Assembly: GCA_045106895.1 (NCBI GenBank)
Contig: JBGCFM010000245.1
Coordinates: 1-28,905 of the forward strand
Length of the DNA stretch: 28,905 bases
Direction: 5' to 3'
Source: Polyangiales bacterium
GTDB taxonomy: Bacteria; Myxococcota_A; Polyangia; Polyangiales; Houyiibacteriaceae
In this document: positions 8,193 to 17,123 of the stretch, piece by piece
Layout of the letters: the number at the start of each line of letters is the position of its first letter
Numbering within the stretch: position 1 is the stretch's first letter
The notes under the pieces: model-generated
Told to the model about the DNA's origin: nothing
The model's input: the letters and a program-made list of their open reading frames with translations, nothing else
The model's database searches: none
Translations under genes and position numbers: made by a program

Positions 8193-9056
8193 GCGCAGCG
8201 AGCGGAATTCGTCGCCCCGGCGGTCTTTTCGACGCGGACCCCGCGATATTGGTTCCGCGTATCACCAGCTTCTTGCTCTGTGTGACAGCCGTGGGGCGCG
8301 ATGGTGTGGATCCGATCCGCTTCGGTGTGTGGGCTTTTCTTCGCTGCGCTCGTAGGGCGCTCCGATTGGTTACGTAGTTCGAATGCCTGGCTTGCGGCGG
8401 CGCTCGTCACTTTGGTTTGGAACGCGATCATATGGCGCGCTCTGGACAACCATATCTTCTTCGTCGGCTATTGGGTTTTGGCCGTCGGGCTCGCGCTCCG
8501 GTCCAGTGACGTTGAGAATGCGCTCAGGACCAACGCCCGCGTTCTGATCGGCCTTGCCTTTCTCTTCGCCGTCTTCTGGAAAGCCATCTCGCCGGACTAC
8601 CTGTCCGGCGATTTCTTCGAGTTCGAGCTTCTGAGCGACTCTCGCTTCTCGTTCATCGCCGAGCTCGCGGGCGGTCTTGCGCCGGATGTTGGCGCCTCCA
8701 ACGTCGCAGGTTGGGTGGGTCAACAGCGCAGTGCGGAGGCCGTCGTGCTCGCGAGTGGTCCTCGCATCGGCGCTACGGCGCAGTTTCTGACTTGGTGGAC
8801 CATCGGTATCGAATCGCTGCTGGTGATTCTCTTCCTCGGCCCCGAGCGTTTCGTACCAGCCTGGTTGCGCTATGGCGTGCTCGTCGTGTTCTGTGTGAGC
8901 ACCTACAGCCTCGTGCCCGTCACCGGCTTTGCAGCGGCTATCCTCGCGATGACGTGTGCGATTCCCACGACGGATCGGGGTCGGCTTGTGGCGGCGGGCT
9001 CGTTCCTACTGCTGATCACCTACAGCGCTGCTTTTCATAGCGCTCGTGGCATGTGA
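8189..9056 (+). pseudogene. HTTM-like multi-pass membrane protein with an apparent +1 frameshift near 8293-8300 (real lesion or sequencing error)
   Basis: The coupled ATG 8189 frame stops at 8377, while the hydrophobic body (DNHIFFVGYW, AVFWKAISPDYLSGDFF, LTWWTIGIE) lies in the next frame from 8301. Deleting one G from GGGG 8293-8296 gives a continuous 288-aa protein. The HTTM-like call rests on motif resemblance. Confidence 0.6.
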
Positions 9057-9244
9057 CCCCCCTGCGTCCACTTCTTTGACCGTCAACACTTGAAACCAGC
9101 CGCATGTTCGCCGGATGGCGGAATCGCACGTCCGGTGGACGTTCCGAAACAGCGGAAGCTTCCGAGCACGGGACGAATGGAAACCTGGGTTTGCGTGCTC
9201 ATAAGAGCACCCCGCGGGCAAAAACACGTGTATCCTGCGCTCTT

Positions 9245-12200
9245 GTGACGGAAGAACTCCCACAAGAGCTTGGCCGCTACCGGATCATCCGGCGCCTCGG
9301 CACCGGCGGCATGGCCGAGGTCTTCCTGGCGAAGTCCACGGGTGCCGAAGGCATCGAGAAGGTGCTCGTGCTCAAGCGTGTGCTTCCGTCCTTCGCACGA
9401 AGCGCCAAGTTCATCTCGATGTTCATCGATGAGGCCAAGGTCGCGATGCGACTCAATCATCCGAACATCGTCCAGGTTTATGCCTTTGAGCAGGTGAAGA
9501 CCGAGTTCCTCCTCGCGATGGAGCTCGTGGATGGCCTCGACCTGGGCCGCCTCGTCGCCGCTGTTCGCCGAACCGGCAAGAAGCTGCCTCCGGGGCTCGC
9601 GGCCTACGTGGTCCAAGAGGTCTCAAAGGGTCTCGACTACGCGCACAAACGCAAAGACGCGTCGGGCCAACCGATGGACATCGTTCACCGCGATGTGAGC
9701 CCACAGAACGTGCTCATCTCTTACGAGGGCGTCGTTAAAGTCGCGGACTTCGGCATCGCCAAGGCGCGTATGGTTTCCGAGGAAACCGGCGTAATCAAAG
9801 GCAAATTCGCCTATATGTCGCCGGAGCAGGCTCGCGGCGACCATGTCGATCATCGAAGCGATGTTTACTCGCTGGGCGTTCTCCTCGCAGAGCTGCTCAT
9901 CGGCCGACCGATGTATCCTGGGCTTCAGGGCCTCGATGTCTTGGCGAAGGTTCGCGAAGCAGAGCTGACGCTGCCGAGCGACGTGGACCCGGATGTGCCG
10001 AAGGCCCTCGACCGCATCGTTCGCCGCGCCACCAGCGCAGATCGCGAGCACCGCTACCAGACGTCGCGCTCTTTGGCAGGCGCCCTGACGCAGTACCTCC
10101 ATGGACTTGAGAAGGTCTGGGATGCGCCGCCGCTGGAGGACTTCATTCGTGAAGTCTCGCCACGTAGTCAAACGAACCCGGAGCTTTCGCCAACCCCTCT
10201 CGCAGAAGGCGCCACGCTTCTCTCTGGCGTCTCAAGGGGCGAACGCCGCGAGCGCCGACGCGTGGTCGTGGTCTCCGGACTGCTTCGCCGAGGCGACACG
10301 AGCACCAACAGCGAAGCTGCGGTGGGAGCGCAGGCCGCCAAGGTCCTTGAGGCCATCGCCTACAAAGCCGACGCGGTCTTGTCCTGGCCGGATGGCGAAG
10401 GACGCAGCCGATTCCGCTTTATTGTGGGTCTCGGCAAGACCTCAGTGAACGATCCGCTCAAAGCCGTGCGCATCGCCATCGACACCATCGAGGCGCTCCA
10501 AGGCTTGAGCGCCGACATGCTGAGCCCCATCGGAGCATCGCTCGGCCTGTCCCGCGGCATGGTCTCCACTATCCGCGATATCAGCGGTCGCCTCATCCGA
10601 TACGCGCCGGTGGGCACCATCCTTGAGGTCGCCGAACGCCTGGCCCAGGCCGCCGACGTAAACCACGTGCTCTCGGCGGGCGAGGTCTACCGTCTTGTAC
10701 GCCGCGACTTCACCTTCGAGGAGCAGGAGCGCGAGATCGACGTCCAGACCCTCGCTGGCGGCGCTTCCCAGGCGATTCGTGCCTGGCGCCTCCGAGGCGT
10801 GAGGAGCAGCGAGCGTGTAGAGCCGGAGACACCAAAGCTGGTCGGCCGCGAGACGGAGCTCGACGCCATTTCCGCCGTTTTCCGGGAAGCAGTGAGCGGC
10901 CCGCAGACCATGTTTGTGCACATTCGTGGCGAGATTGGCGCTGGAAAGTCGGCTCTGGCGGGAGCGGCGGTGGCGGCGCTGGAGCCATCTCGAACGCTCT
11001 TCGCCCAGTGCTCCTTTGGCTCCGTGGATGCGCCCTTCTCCGCAGTCGCCGACCTCATTCGGAGCGCCGCAGGCGTGCCCGAAGGCGCGAACCCAAGCGC
11101 CGCGACGGAGAAGCTTCGAATCTTGGTCGAGGACTGCGTCCCTCCAGCGAGGCATCAGCTCGTCTATGACGGTGTTGCGCCGATTCTCGGTGCCGCGTCC
11201 AGTATCCAGGAAGATGGCGACCACTTCCGGCTGGTCACCCGCGCCGTCGAGGTGCTCATCGCCGGCCTCGCCCAAGCGGGTCCCCTCATTGTTTGGGTGG
11301 ACAACTTACAATGGGCCGACGCGCCAAGTCTGGATGTGCTCCACGCCATCCGTCAGCGAAACCACAAGGCTCCCTGCCTCGTGCTCCTCGTTGGTCGCGC
11401 CGAAGCGGACCTTCCTTCGGCGCTCCGCGACATTCCCCAGGTCACCGTAGGCGAGCTCGAAGGCGAAGCCCGCGCCGAGCTGGTCCAGCAGCGCTTTGAT
11501 GCGGTTGTTCCCACGGAGATTCTCCAAGCCATCGAAGCACGCGCCGGCGGCAACCCGTTCTTCTTGCGCGAGGTTGTCGAGGCACTGCTCGAACGCGGCG
11601 CCGTCGAAGTTCGGGGCGAAGGCGCCTCGCGTCAGGCCTACCGGCGCCCTGGCGTGCCAATTCAGCTTCCTACCACCCTCGAAGGTGTCGTCGCGGCTCG
11701 TCTGGACGAGCTCACCAACGAAGAGAGCCACGCATTGCGCTGGCTTGCGGTGGCCGGGGCAGGTCTGCAGACGGACGAGATCTCGCGCCTCGCAGGCACC
11801 AACATGCGTGACCCCATCGAGAGCCTCTCGGCGACGCGCCTGATTCAGCGGCGGCCCTCGGGCGGCCTCGACTTTCCGAGCGGCGTGGTGCGCCAGGTGG
11901 CCTACGAGGCCACGGATATCGAAGACCGCATCCGCATGCATCGGCGTATCGCGCAGCTTTTGCAGGAAAAAGACGAAGCTCCGGGGCGAATCGCCCGTCA
12001 TCTGGAGCAAGCCGGCGAGCGAGCCGCGGCCGCACAGGCCTACCTCGACGCCGCGGACAACGCGCGCACCGTCTACTCCAATCGCGAGGCGCTGCGCTTC
12101 TTCGGCCGCGCGCTCCAGCTCTTGGCGCCGGACGACAAAGACTCTCGTTTTCGCGCACACGAAGGCCGCGAGCAGATTTACCGCTTTCTGGGCCGTACCC

Positions 12201-13390
12201 AAGACCAGCGCATGGAACTCGAAGCCATGCGCACCATCGCGCGGCGCAGCGGAGGCCCACGTCGGCGAGCTTTGGCGCTCTTGCGACTCACACGCTTTGA
12301 GCTGGACGCCGCTGAAATCGAGTCAGCTGACGAACTAATGCGAGAAGCCCGCGAAGCCTCCAAGGCGTCTGGCGATCTCGCGCTCGAGCTCGACGCACTT
12401 CGCCTCGAAGCGGAGATGGCTCGCGGTCGCGGCGAATCTCAGCGTGCACTCGCCGCCTGCGACGAAGCCATCGAACGCGCTGGAACGAGCAAAGAGCTGC
12501 TCTCCTCACGCGGCCAGATCCTCATTCAGCGCGGCATCGTCCTGAGGCGCATCGGTCAGCTCGAGGACGCTTTCAAGGCGTACGCCGAAGCCATCGTCAT
12601 CTTTCGCCGTCTTCATATCCGGCGCGCCGAGGCTTACGCCCTCAACTCCTTGGGCGTGGCGCTGGCCGGAGCCGGCGTATTCGAAGAGGCCATCAAGGTC
12701 TTCCGAGCCTCCATTCATATCGACCGCCAGACTGGCGATCGCCTTCGTTTGGGCCGAAAGCTGTCCAATATCGGCCAGCTCTACGACACGCTCGGGGACA
12801 CCAAACAAGGGCTAGCCTTTGTCCAGCGCGCCTTGGACGTCTTCGAAGGCGTCGACGACCGAGCGGGGCGCTGTGATGCGCTGAGCGCCATCGCGGAGAT
12901 GATGCTCGAGTCCGGCCGAGCCCCTCAGGATGCTGCGGTGCCTCTGGACCAAGCCCGTCGCATCGCCAATCGCCTGGGCAGCCACTACGAGATCGCGCGT
13001 GAGCGTATCGTACGGGCCCAGCTGGAAGAGCACGCTGGGAACCACGACGCTGCACGAGAAGCTGCGGAGAACGGCCTGGCGGCTGCATTGGCCGAAGACC
13101 TCGCGTTCTACGAACTCCACGCCCGAGCACGCCTCGCGAGCCTCGAGGAAGACCCCGCGAAGGTGAAAGAACACGCCGACGTGGTTCTCACGCGGCTTGG
13201 AGAAGGCGTCTCAGTCGAGCACGTGGACCGCCTCTACCTGCTCCTCGCCAAGGGGCTCCGCGCTGCAGGCGATGAGCCTCGCGCCGCCGAGTGTGATGCA
13301 GCTTCCCGCGCCGCCATTGAACGTCAGGCTGCGCAGATCGGCACCGACGCCATCCGCGACCGCTTCCTCGCGTCGAAGGGGCTTGCTTGA
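9245..13390 (+). CDS. Ser/Thr protein kinase + degenerate class III cyclase-like domain + STAND (AAA_16-type) NTPase + TPR repeats
   Basis: Kinase motifs GTGGMAEV, VLKR, HRDVSPQN, DFG, YMSPEQ; ERRRVVVV cyclase-like segment; LVGRETEL, Walker A GEIGAGKS, Walker B VWVDNLQWAD, GGNPFFL, LPTTL..ARLD; C-terminal TPR helices. GTG 9245 preferred over 9104 (TATCCT ends 8 nt upstream). Confidence 0.93.
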   Translation: MTEELPQELGRYRIIRRLGTGGMAEVFLAKSTGAEGIEKVLVLKRVLPSFARSAKFISMFIDEAKVAMRLNHPNIVQVYAFEQVKTEFLLAMELVDGLDLGRLVAAVRRTGKKLPPGLAAYVVQEVSKGLDYAHKRKDASGQPMDIVHRDVSPQNVLISYEGVVKVADFGIAKARMVSEETGVIKGKFAYMSPEQARGDHVDHRSDVYSLGVLLAELLIGRPMYPGLQGLDVLAKVREAELTLPSDVDPDVPKALDRIVRRATSADREHRYQTSRSLAGALTQYLHGLEKVWDAPPLEDFIREVSPRSQTNPELSPTPLAEGATLLSGVSRGERRERRRVVVVSGLLRRGDTSTNSEAAVGAQAAKVLEAIAYKADAVLSWPDGEGRSRFRFIVGLGKTSVNDPLKAVRIAIDTIEALQGLSADMLSPIGASLGLSRGMVSTIRDISGRLIRYAPVGTILEVAERLAQAADVNHVLSAGEVYRLVRRDFTFEEQEREIDVQTLAGGASQAIRAWRLRGVRSSERVEPETPKLVGRETELDAISAVFREAVSGPQTMFVHIRGEIGAGKSALAGAAVAALEPSRTLFAQCSFGSVDAPFSAVADLIRSAAGVPEGANPSAATEKLRILVEDCVPPARHQLVYDGVAPILGAASSIQEDGDHFRLVTRAVEVLIAGLAQAGPLIVWVDNLQWADAPSLDVLHAIRQRNHKAPCLVLLVGRAEADLPSALRDIPQVTVGELEGEARAELVQQRFDAVVPTEILQAIEARAGGNPFFLREVVEALLERGAVEVRGEGASRQAYRRPGVPIQLPTTLEGVVAARLDELTNEESHALRWLAVAGAGLQTDEISRLAGTNMRDPIESLSATRLIQRRPSGGLDFPSGVVRQVAYEATDIEDRIRMHRRIAQLLQEKDEAPGRIARHLEQAGERAAAAQAYLDAADNARTVYSNREALRFFGRALQLLAPDDKDSRFRAHEGREQIYRFLGRTQDQRMELEAMRTIARRSGGPRRRALALLRLTRFELDAAEIESADELMREAREASKASGDLALELDALRLEAEMARGRGESQRALAACDEAIERAGTSKELLSSRGQILIQRGIVLRRIGQLEDAFKAYAEAIVIFRRLHIRRAEAYALNSLGVALAGAGVFEEAIKVFRASIHIDRQTGDRLRLGRKLSNIGQLYDTLGDTKQGLAFVQRALDVFEGVDDRAGRCDALSAIAEMMLESGRAPQDAAVPLDQARRIANRLGSHYEIARERIVRAQLEEHAGNHDAAREAAENGLAAALAEDLAFYELHARARLASLEEDPAKVKEHADVVLTRLGEGVSVEHVDRLYLLLAKGLRAAGDEPRAAECDAASRAAIERQAAQIGTDAIRDRFLASKGLA

Positions 13391-14556
13391 GTCTCGGTGT
13401 TGTTCTCTCCGGCGGAGGCTCGCGGGGCGCCTACGAAGTAGGAGTTTTGAGCTACGTCTTCGGCGATATCGTCCGCCGGGTAGGCCACGCGCCTAAGATC
13501 GATGTAATCTCCGGGACCAGCGTAGGAGCCGTAAACGGCGCTTTCATGGCGTCATTCGTGCACGACTTGGCACGTGGCGTCCAACGCTTGGAGAGCCTCT
13601 GGTCGCAGCTTGAGCTGGCCCACGTGGTGAACTTCGGTCTTCGACAAGCAGCGAGCCTTCACCGCGTGCTCCTTGGCGGGCGGCGACCCACCGGTCTCTT
13701 TGATGCATCCCCGCTGGCCAACCTCGTTGCTCAAGGCGTGAGCTGGCAGGACATTTCCAAGAATCTGCAGAGCGGGCGCCTTCAGAGCCTGACGATTTCA
13801 GCGACGAAGGTCGCGACGGGCAGACCCACGGTGTTCGTCGATCGCGGACCTGGGGTTCCACTCCCGAAACTCGATCACGGGCAGATCGTCGTTCGCGACC
13901 TGCGTATTGGTCCGCCCCACGTCTTGGCATCAGCAGCGATACCGTTGGTGTTTCCCGCGGTTCGTATTGGTCAGCGCCTCTACTGCGATGGCGGACTTCG
14001 TCTCAACACGCCCATGGCGCCGGCCATTCATATGGGCGTCGACCGCGTCTTTGTCGTCGGCTGTTCCGATCCCCATGGAGACGCCATCACCGTCCCCGAT
14101 GGACGTTTCCCGGGCGCATCGTTTCTCCTGGGGAAGGTCGTCAACGCGTTCCTCCTCGATCACCTCAACGCGGACATCGATGAGCTCAACAAGATCAACG
14201 AGATGCTCCAGGACGGCATTCGTGCCTTTGGTGATACCTACCTTGAGAAGCTCAACGCAGCAGCCGCGGAGCGTGGCTCCCCCAAGAAACGAATCGTCAG
14301 GCCCCTCGTCATCAAGCCAAGCTCAGACCTTGGGGCCATCGCCTCGACTCATCTGAACGCCAATCGGGTGCGTTTTGGGGCGGTCCTCGGCCGCCAGTTC
14401 CTTCGGCTCTTGGACGTCGGCCAGGGAGCCGACGCGGACCTCGCCAGCTATCTGCTCTTCGACGGAACCTTCGCCCGGGAGCTCATCGAACTAGGTCGTC
14501 GCGACGCGGCGGAACGTTCCGCTGAGATTGAAGCGTTTCTGTATCAGGCGAGCTAG
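13387..14556 (+). CDS. Patatin-like phospholipase
   Basis: Oxyanion LSGGGSRGAY, nucleophile GTSVG, ASAAIP, catalytic DGG; TTG start overlaps the kinase TGA (TTGA). Confidence 0.95.
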   Translation: MSLGVVLSGGGSRGAYEVGVLSYVFGDIVRRVGHAPKIDVISGTSVGAVNGAFMASFVHDLARGVQRLESLWSQLELAHVVNFGLRQAASLHRVLLGGRRPTGLFDASPLANLVAQGVSWQDISKNLQSGRLQSLTISATKVATGRPTVFVDRGPGVPLPKLDHGQIVVRDLRIGPPHVLASAAIPLVFPAVRIGQRLYCDGGLRLNTPMAPAIHMGVDRVFVVGCSDPHGDAITVPDGRFPGASFLLGKVVNAFLLDHLNADIDELNKINEMLQDGIRAFGDTYLEKLNAAAAERGSPKKRIVRPLVIKPSSDLGAIASTHLNANRVRFGAVLGRQFLRLLDVGQGADADLASYLLFDGTFARELIELGRRDAAERSAEIEAFLYQAS

Positions 14557-14562
14557 CCTTCC

Positions 14563-14601
14563 TGTGGATAACTGTGGACAAAAATACACAAGTGCCTGAT
14601 T
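14563..14601. promoter_or_regulatory. Two tandem DnaA boxes plus an IHF-like site
   Basis: TGTGGATAA 14563-14571 (perfect TTATCCACA on - strand); TGTGGACAA 14573-14581 (1 mismatch); CAAGTGCCTGATT 14589-14601 matches the reverse complement of IHF WATCAANNNNTTR with 1 mismatch. Confidence 0.6.
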
Positions 14602-14611
14602 TCATTGAGAT

Positions 14612-14639
14612 GTGACACCCTCGTCGCCTGTGCTAGACT
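14612..14639 (+). promoter_or_regulatory. Sigma70-type promoter of the 14661 gene
   Basis: GTGACA-N16-TAGACT with an extended TGn before the -10. Confidence 0.5.
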
Positions 14640-14660
14640 TGGGGAAACGTATCGAAGCCT

Positions 14661-15407
14661 ATGCCACCTGTGAACTACCCTTCTAGTGACACCATCCCAG
14701 AGGATCATCTGCGTTTAGCCCTTCGTTCGGCTGAACCAGAGACCCGGATGGCCAACGCTAGAGTGGGTCTCGCGTTCCCAGCCGAGGCACTGGACGCGGA
14801 TACCAAGGTTCTGCTGCTTCGCCAGATCTACATCGGCCAGCTCGAGCTGCATCGCTTTCGTGCCGCAGTTGATACCGCCGGGGAGATGGCCGCCGTCGGT
14901 CCGCTCAAGGACATCGCGCTCCATGACCGCGCCCGAGCCGAGCAGGCGATGGGGGATGTCTCGGCGGCGATCGCCTCCCAGCGGATGGCCGCACGCAACG
15001 CCCCGGTGGATCGGCGCAGCTTCATGCTCTGGAGCCTGGCGACGCTTCAGCATTTCTTCGGGGATGTGGAAGGCGCTCTTGGGACCATCGACAAAGCCCT
15101 CCTCATCGCTCGCGATGACCGAGCGCTTCTCAAGGCGCATTACGCTTACATTTGCATCGAGAACGATGAGGCTGTGGAAGACCTCGGAGAAGTCCGAGCC
15201 AACCTCAGCGCCGCGAAATGCGGCGAAGGCTACGGCCAATACATCCTGGGCATGCTCGCCTACCACATGGGCGACATGAAGGTCGCCGTCGTGCACCTCC
15301 AGAACTTCCTGCGCCGAAACGCCAGCATCGACGTCGCCAAGGCGCTCACCCTTCGGGAGGAGCTTCGCCGCGCGCGTCTCACCCTCGCCGAACTCGTCAG
15401 CGACTAG
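14661..15407 (+). CDS. TPR-like alpha-helical protein of unknown function
   Basis: Repeated helical pairs (ALHDRARAEQAMGDVSAAIA; LWSLATLQHFFGDVEGALGTIDKAL; GQYILGMLAYHMGDMKVAVVHLQNFL); high GC at third codon positions. Confidence 0.8.
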   Translation: MPPVNYPSSDTIPEDHLRLALRSAEPETRMANARVGLAFPAEALDADTKVLLLRQIYIGQLELHRFRAAVDTAGEMAAVGPLKDIALHDRARAEQAMGDVSAAIASQRMAARNAPVDRRSFMLWSLATLQHFFGDVEGALGTIDKALLIARDDRALLKAHYAYICIENDEAVEDLGEVRANLSAAKCGEGYGQYILGMLAYHMGDMKVAVVHLQNFLRRNASIDVAKALTLREELRRARLTLAELVSD

Positions 15408-15491
15408 CGCGCTTTTGGTGAAAAGCCTCTCACTCTGGCGGTGGTGCAATGCCCCTTTGTGCTGCTAACGTGCCGCGCGGAGGAAGCAGTT

Positions 15492-17036
15492 ATGCGCACG
15501 ATAGTCTTTTTCGCTTGTCTTGGAGCCCTCGCCGGCTGTTCAACGAGCTCAAATGTGGTTGATGATGGCGGACCGGGCGCCGATGGCGGGGTCGATGTCC
15601 CCGTCATCATGTTCGACGCGACGGTGCCTGACAGCACAAGTCCGCCGCCGGACGTGCCACCTCCACCCGTCGATGCGGGACCCCCACCCATGGGCTGTGG
15701 TGACGGAACGACCTCCCCTCCTGAGACCTGCGATGACGGCAACATGACCAACGGCGACGGATGCGACAGCATGTGTCAGCTCGAGATCGAATGTGGCGAC
15801 TCGATGCTCAGCCCCGGCGAGCAGTGCGACGACGGAAACAACACCGCCGGTGATGGCTGCGACGCGATGTGCCGACGCGAAGCTTTCTGCGGCGACAACA
15901 ACGTCGATGACGGCGAAGTCTGTGACGACGGAAACAACGCCTCCGGCGACGGCTGCCGAGCCGACTGCCTCTCGAACGAGCTCTGCGGAAACGACATCCG
16001 TGACTCCGCGGCCGGCGAGGTCTGTGACGGTGAACCCACCTGCGCAGTCAACTGCTTGTCCTTCATTGCCTGTGGCGACAACGACGTCGTCGCTCCTGAA
16101 GAGTGCGACGACGGAAACGTCGACCGCTTCGACAGCTGCGGCCCCGACTGCCAGATCGAGCGCTCGCTCATCATGAGCCGCCTCGAAATCGGCGCTCCTG
16201 CCGATGGCTGCGATTACAGCGGTGACGGATCCCCGGACAACGCCTTCTCCCGCGCTCTTGGAACTCTTGTTCCACTTGCCAACAGCATGTTCCTACGAGA
16301 TGCGCCGGCCAACGGCGACCTCATCTTGCTTCTCCACATGCTCGGCCTCGACGACGCGGACGCCGTGAACGACGCGTCGTTCACCGTCGCGTTCTTCCAG
16401 GGCGAGGACGCGGACGGAAACGACGCGAACAACATCTCCGGCTCCGGTGAGTTCCTCGCTCCCGCGTCGGCCTTCAACGCCAGCGGCGCACCCGCCACCT
16501 CCTTCGAGTCGGCAGTCGCTTCCCGCATGCTCAGCGGCGGTCCCGAGGACGTGTCGATTCCGATCGCCATCCTCCCCGTCGAGCTTCGCCAAGCGTTCCT
16601 CTCGGGAACCACCACCTCCGATGCACAGGGCGTCTCTGGCATGACCGACGGCCTTCTCTGCGGCGCCGTCCCGGTCTCAACGCTGGCGGTTCTTCCGAAC
16701 CTCCTCGACATGATTCCCGGCGGCGCGGCTCCTGCGTGCGAAGGCATCGACACCAACCTCGTCGACGTCCTCATCGGCGGCTCCGCTCCCGGCGGATTCA
16801 TCAGCCTCCCCGGCGTCAACCCCGACGTTGACCTGGACGGCGACGGCCTCGAACGCTTCGAGATCAGCCGCGGCGCTGGCGACTGCCAGCCTGTGGTCAC
16901 CGCCTGCATCGACGGCGACGGCACCCGCGTCGAAGGCCACAACTGCACCCTCGACCCACGCTTCGAGGACGGCTTCTCCGCTGGCTTCTTGGCCGAGGCG
17001 GTTCGAGCCAACATCGTGGGCACCGAAGCTCCCTGA
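15492..17036 (+). CDS. Lipoprotein with Myxococcus cysteine-rich (DUF4215-type) repeats
   Basis: GGAGGA RBS; lipobox LAG-C; Pro/Asp linker; five CGD/N...ExCD(D)G...C...C repeats; acidic C-terminal domain. Confidence 0.92.
   Translation: MRTIVFFACLGALAGCSTSSNVVDDGGPGADGGVDVPVIMFDATVPDSTSPPPDVPPPPVDAGPPPMGCGDGTTSPPETCDDGNMTNGDGCDSMCQLEIECGDSMLSPGEQCDDGNNTAGDGCDAMCRREAFCGDNNVDDGEVCDDGNNASGDGCRADCLSNELCGNDIRDSAAGEVCDGEPTCAVNCLSFIACGDNDVVAPEECDDGNVDRFDSCGPDCQIERSLIMSRLEIGAPADGCDYSGDGSPDNAFSRALGTLVPLANSMFLRDAPANGDLILLLHMLGLDDADAVNDASFTVAFFQGEDADGNDANNISGSGEFLAPASAFNASGAPATSFESAVASRMLSGGPEDVSIPIAILPVELRQAFLSGTTTSDAQGVSGMTDGLLCGAVPVSTLAVLPNLLDMIPGGAAPACEGIDTNLVDVLIGGSAPGGFISLPGVNPDVDLDGDGLERFEISRGAGDCQPVVTACIDGDGTRVEGHNCTLDPRFEDGFSAGFLAEAVRANIVGTEAP
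15696..16160 (+). repeat. Five intragenic cysteine-rich repeats of about 30 codons
   Basis: CGDGTTSPPETCDDGN..., CGDSMLSPGEQCDDGN..., CGDNNVDDGEVCDDGN..., CGNDIRDSAAGEVCDG... (short), CGDNDVVAPEECDDGN... Confidence 0.9.
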
Positions 17037-17051
17037 GCTAGGCCCCAACCC

Positions 17052-17087
17052 AAAAGAGCGTCTCACCGTCTGGTGAGGCGCTCTTTT
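17052..17087. terminator. Bidirectional rho-independent terminator
   Basis: AAAAGAGCGTCTCACC-GTCT-GGTGAGGCGCTCTTTT between convergent genes, with A and T tails. Confidence 0.85.
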
Positions 17088-17123
17088 CAATTGGGCTGGG
17101 CCCACTAAGCAAATGGAACAGGG

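Noticed and set aside
14557..14660. Chromosomal origin oriC
   Set aside because: Only two good boxes in 104 bp, no clear unwinding element or DnaA-trio run, and no dnaA/dnaN/gidA nearby.
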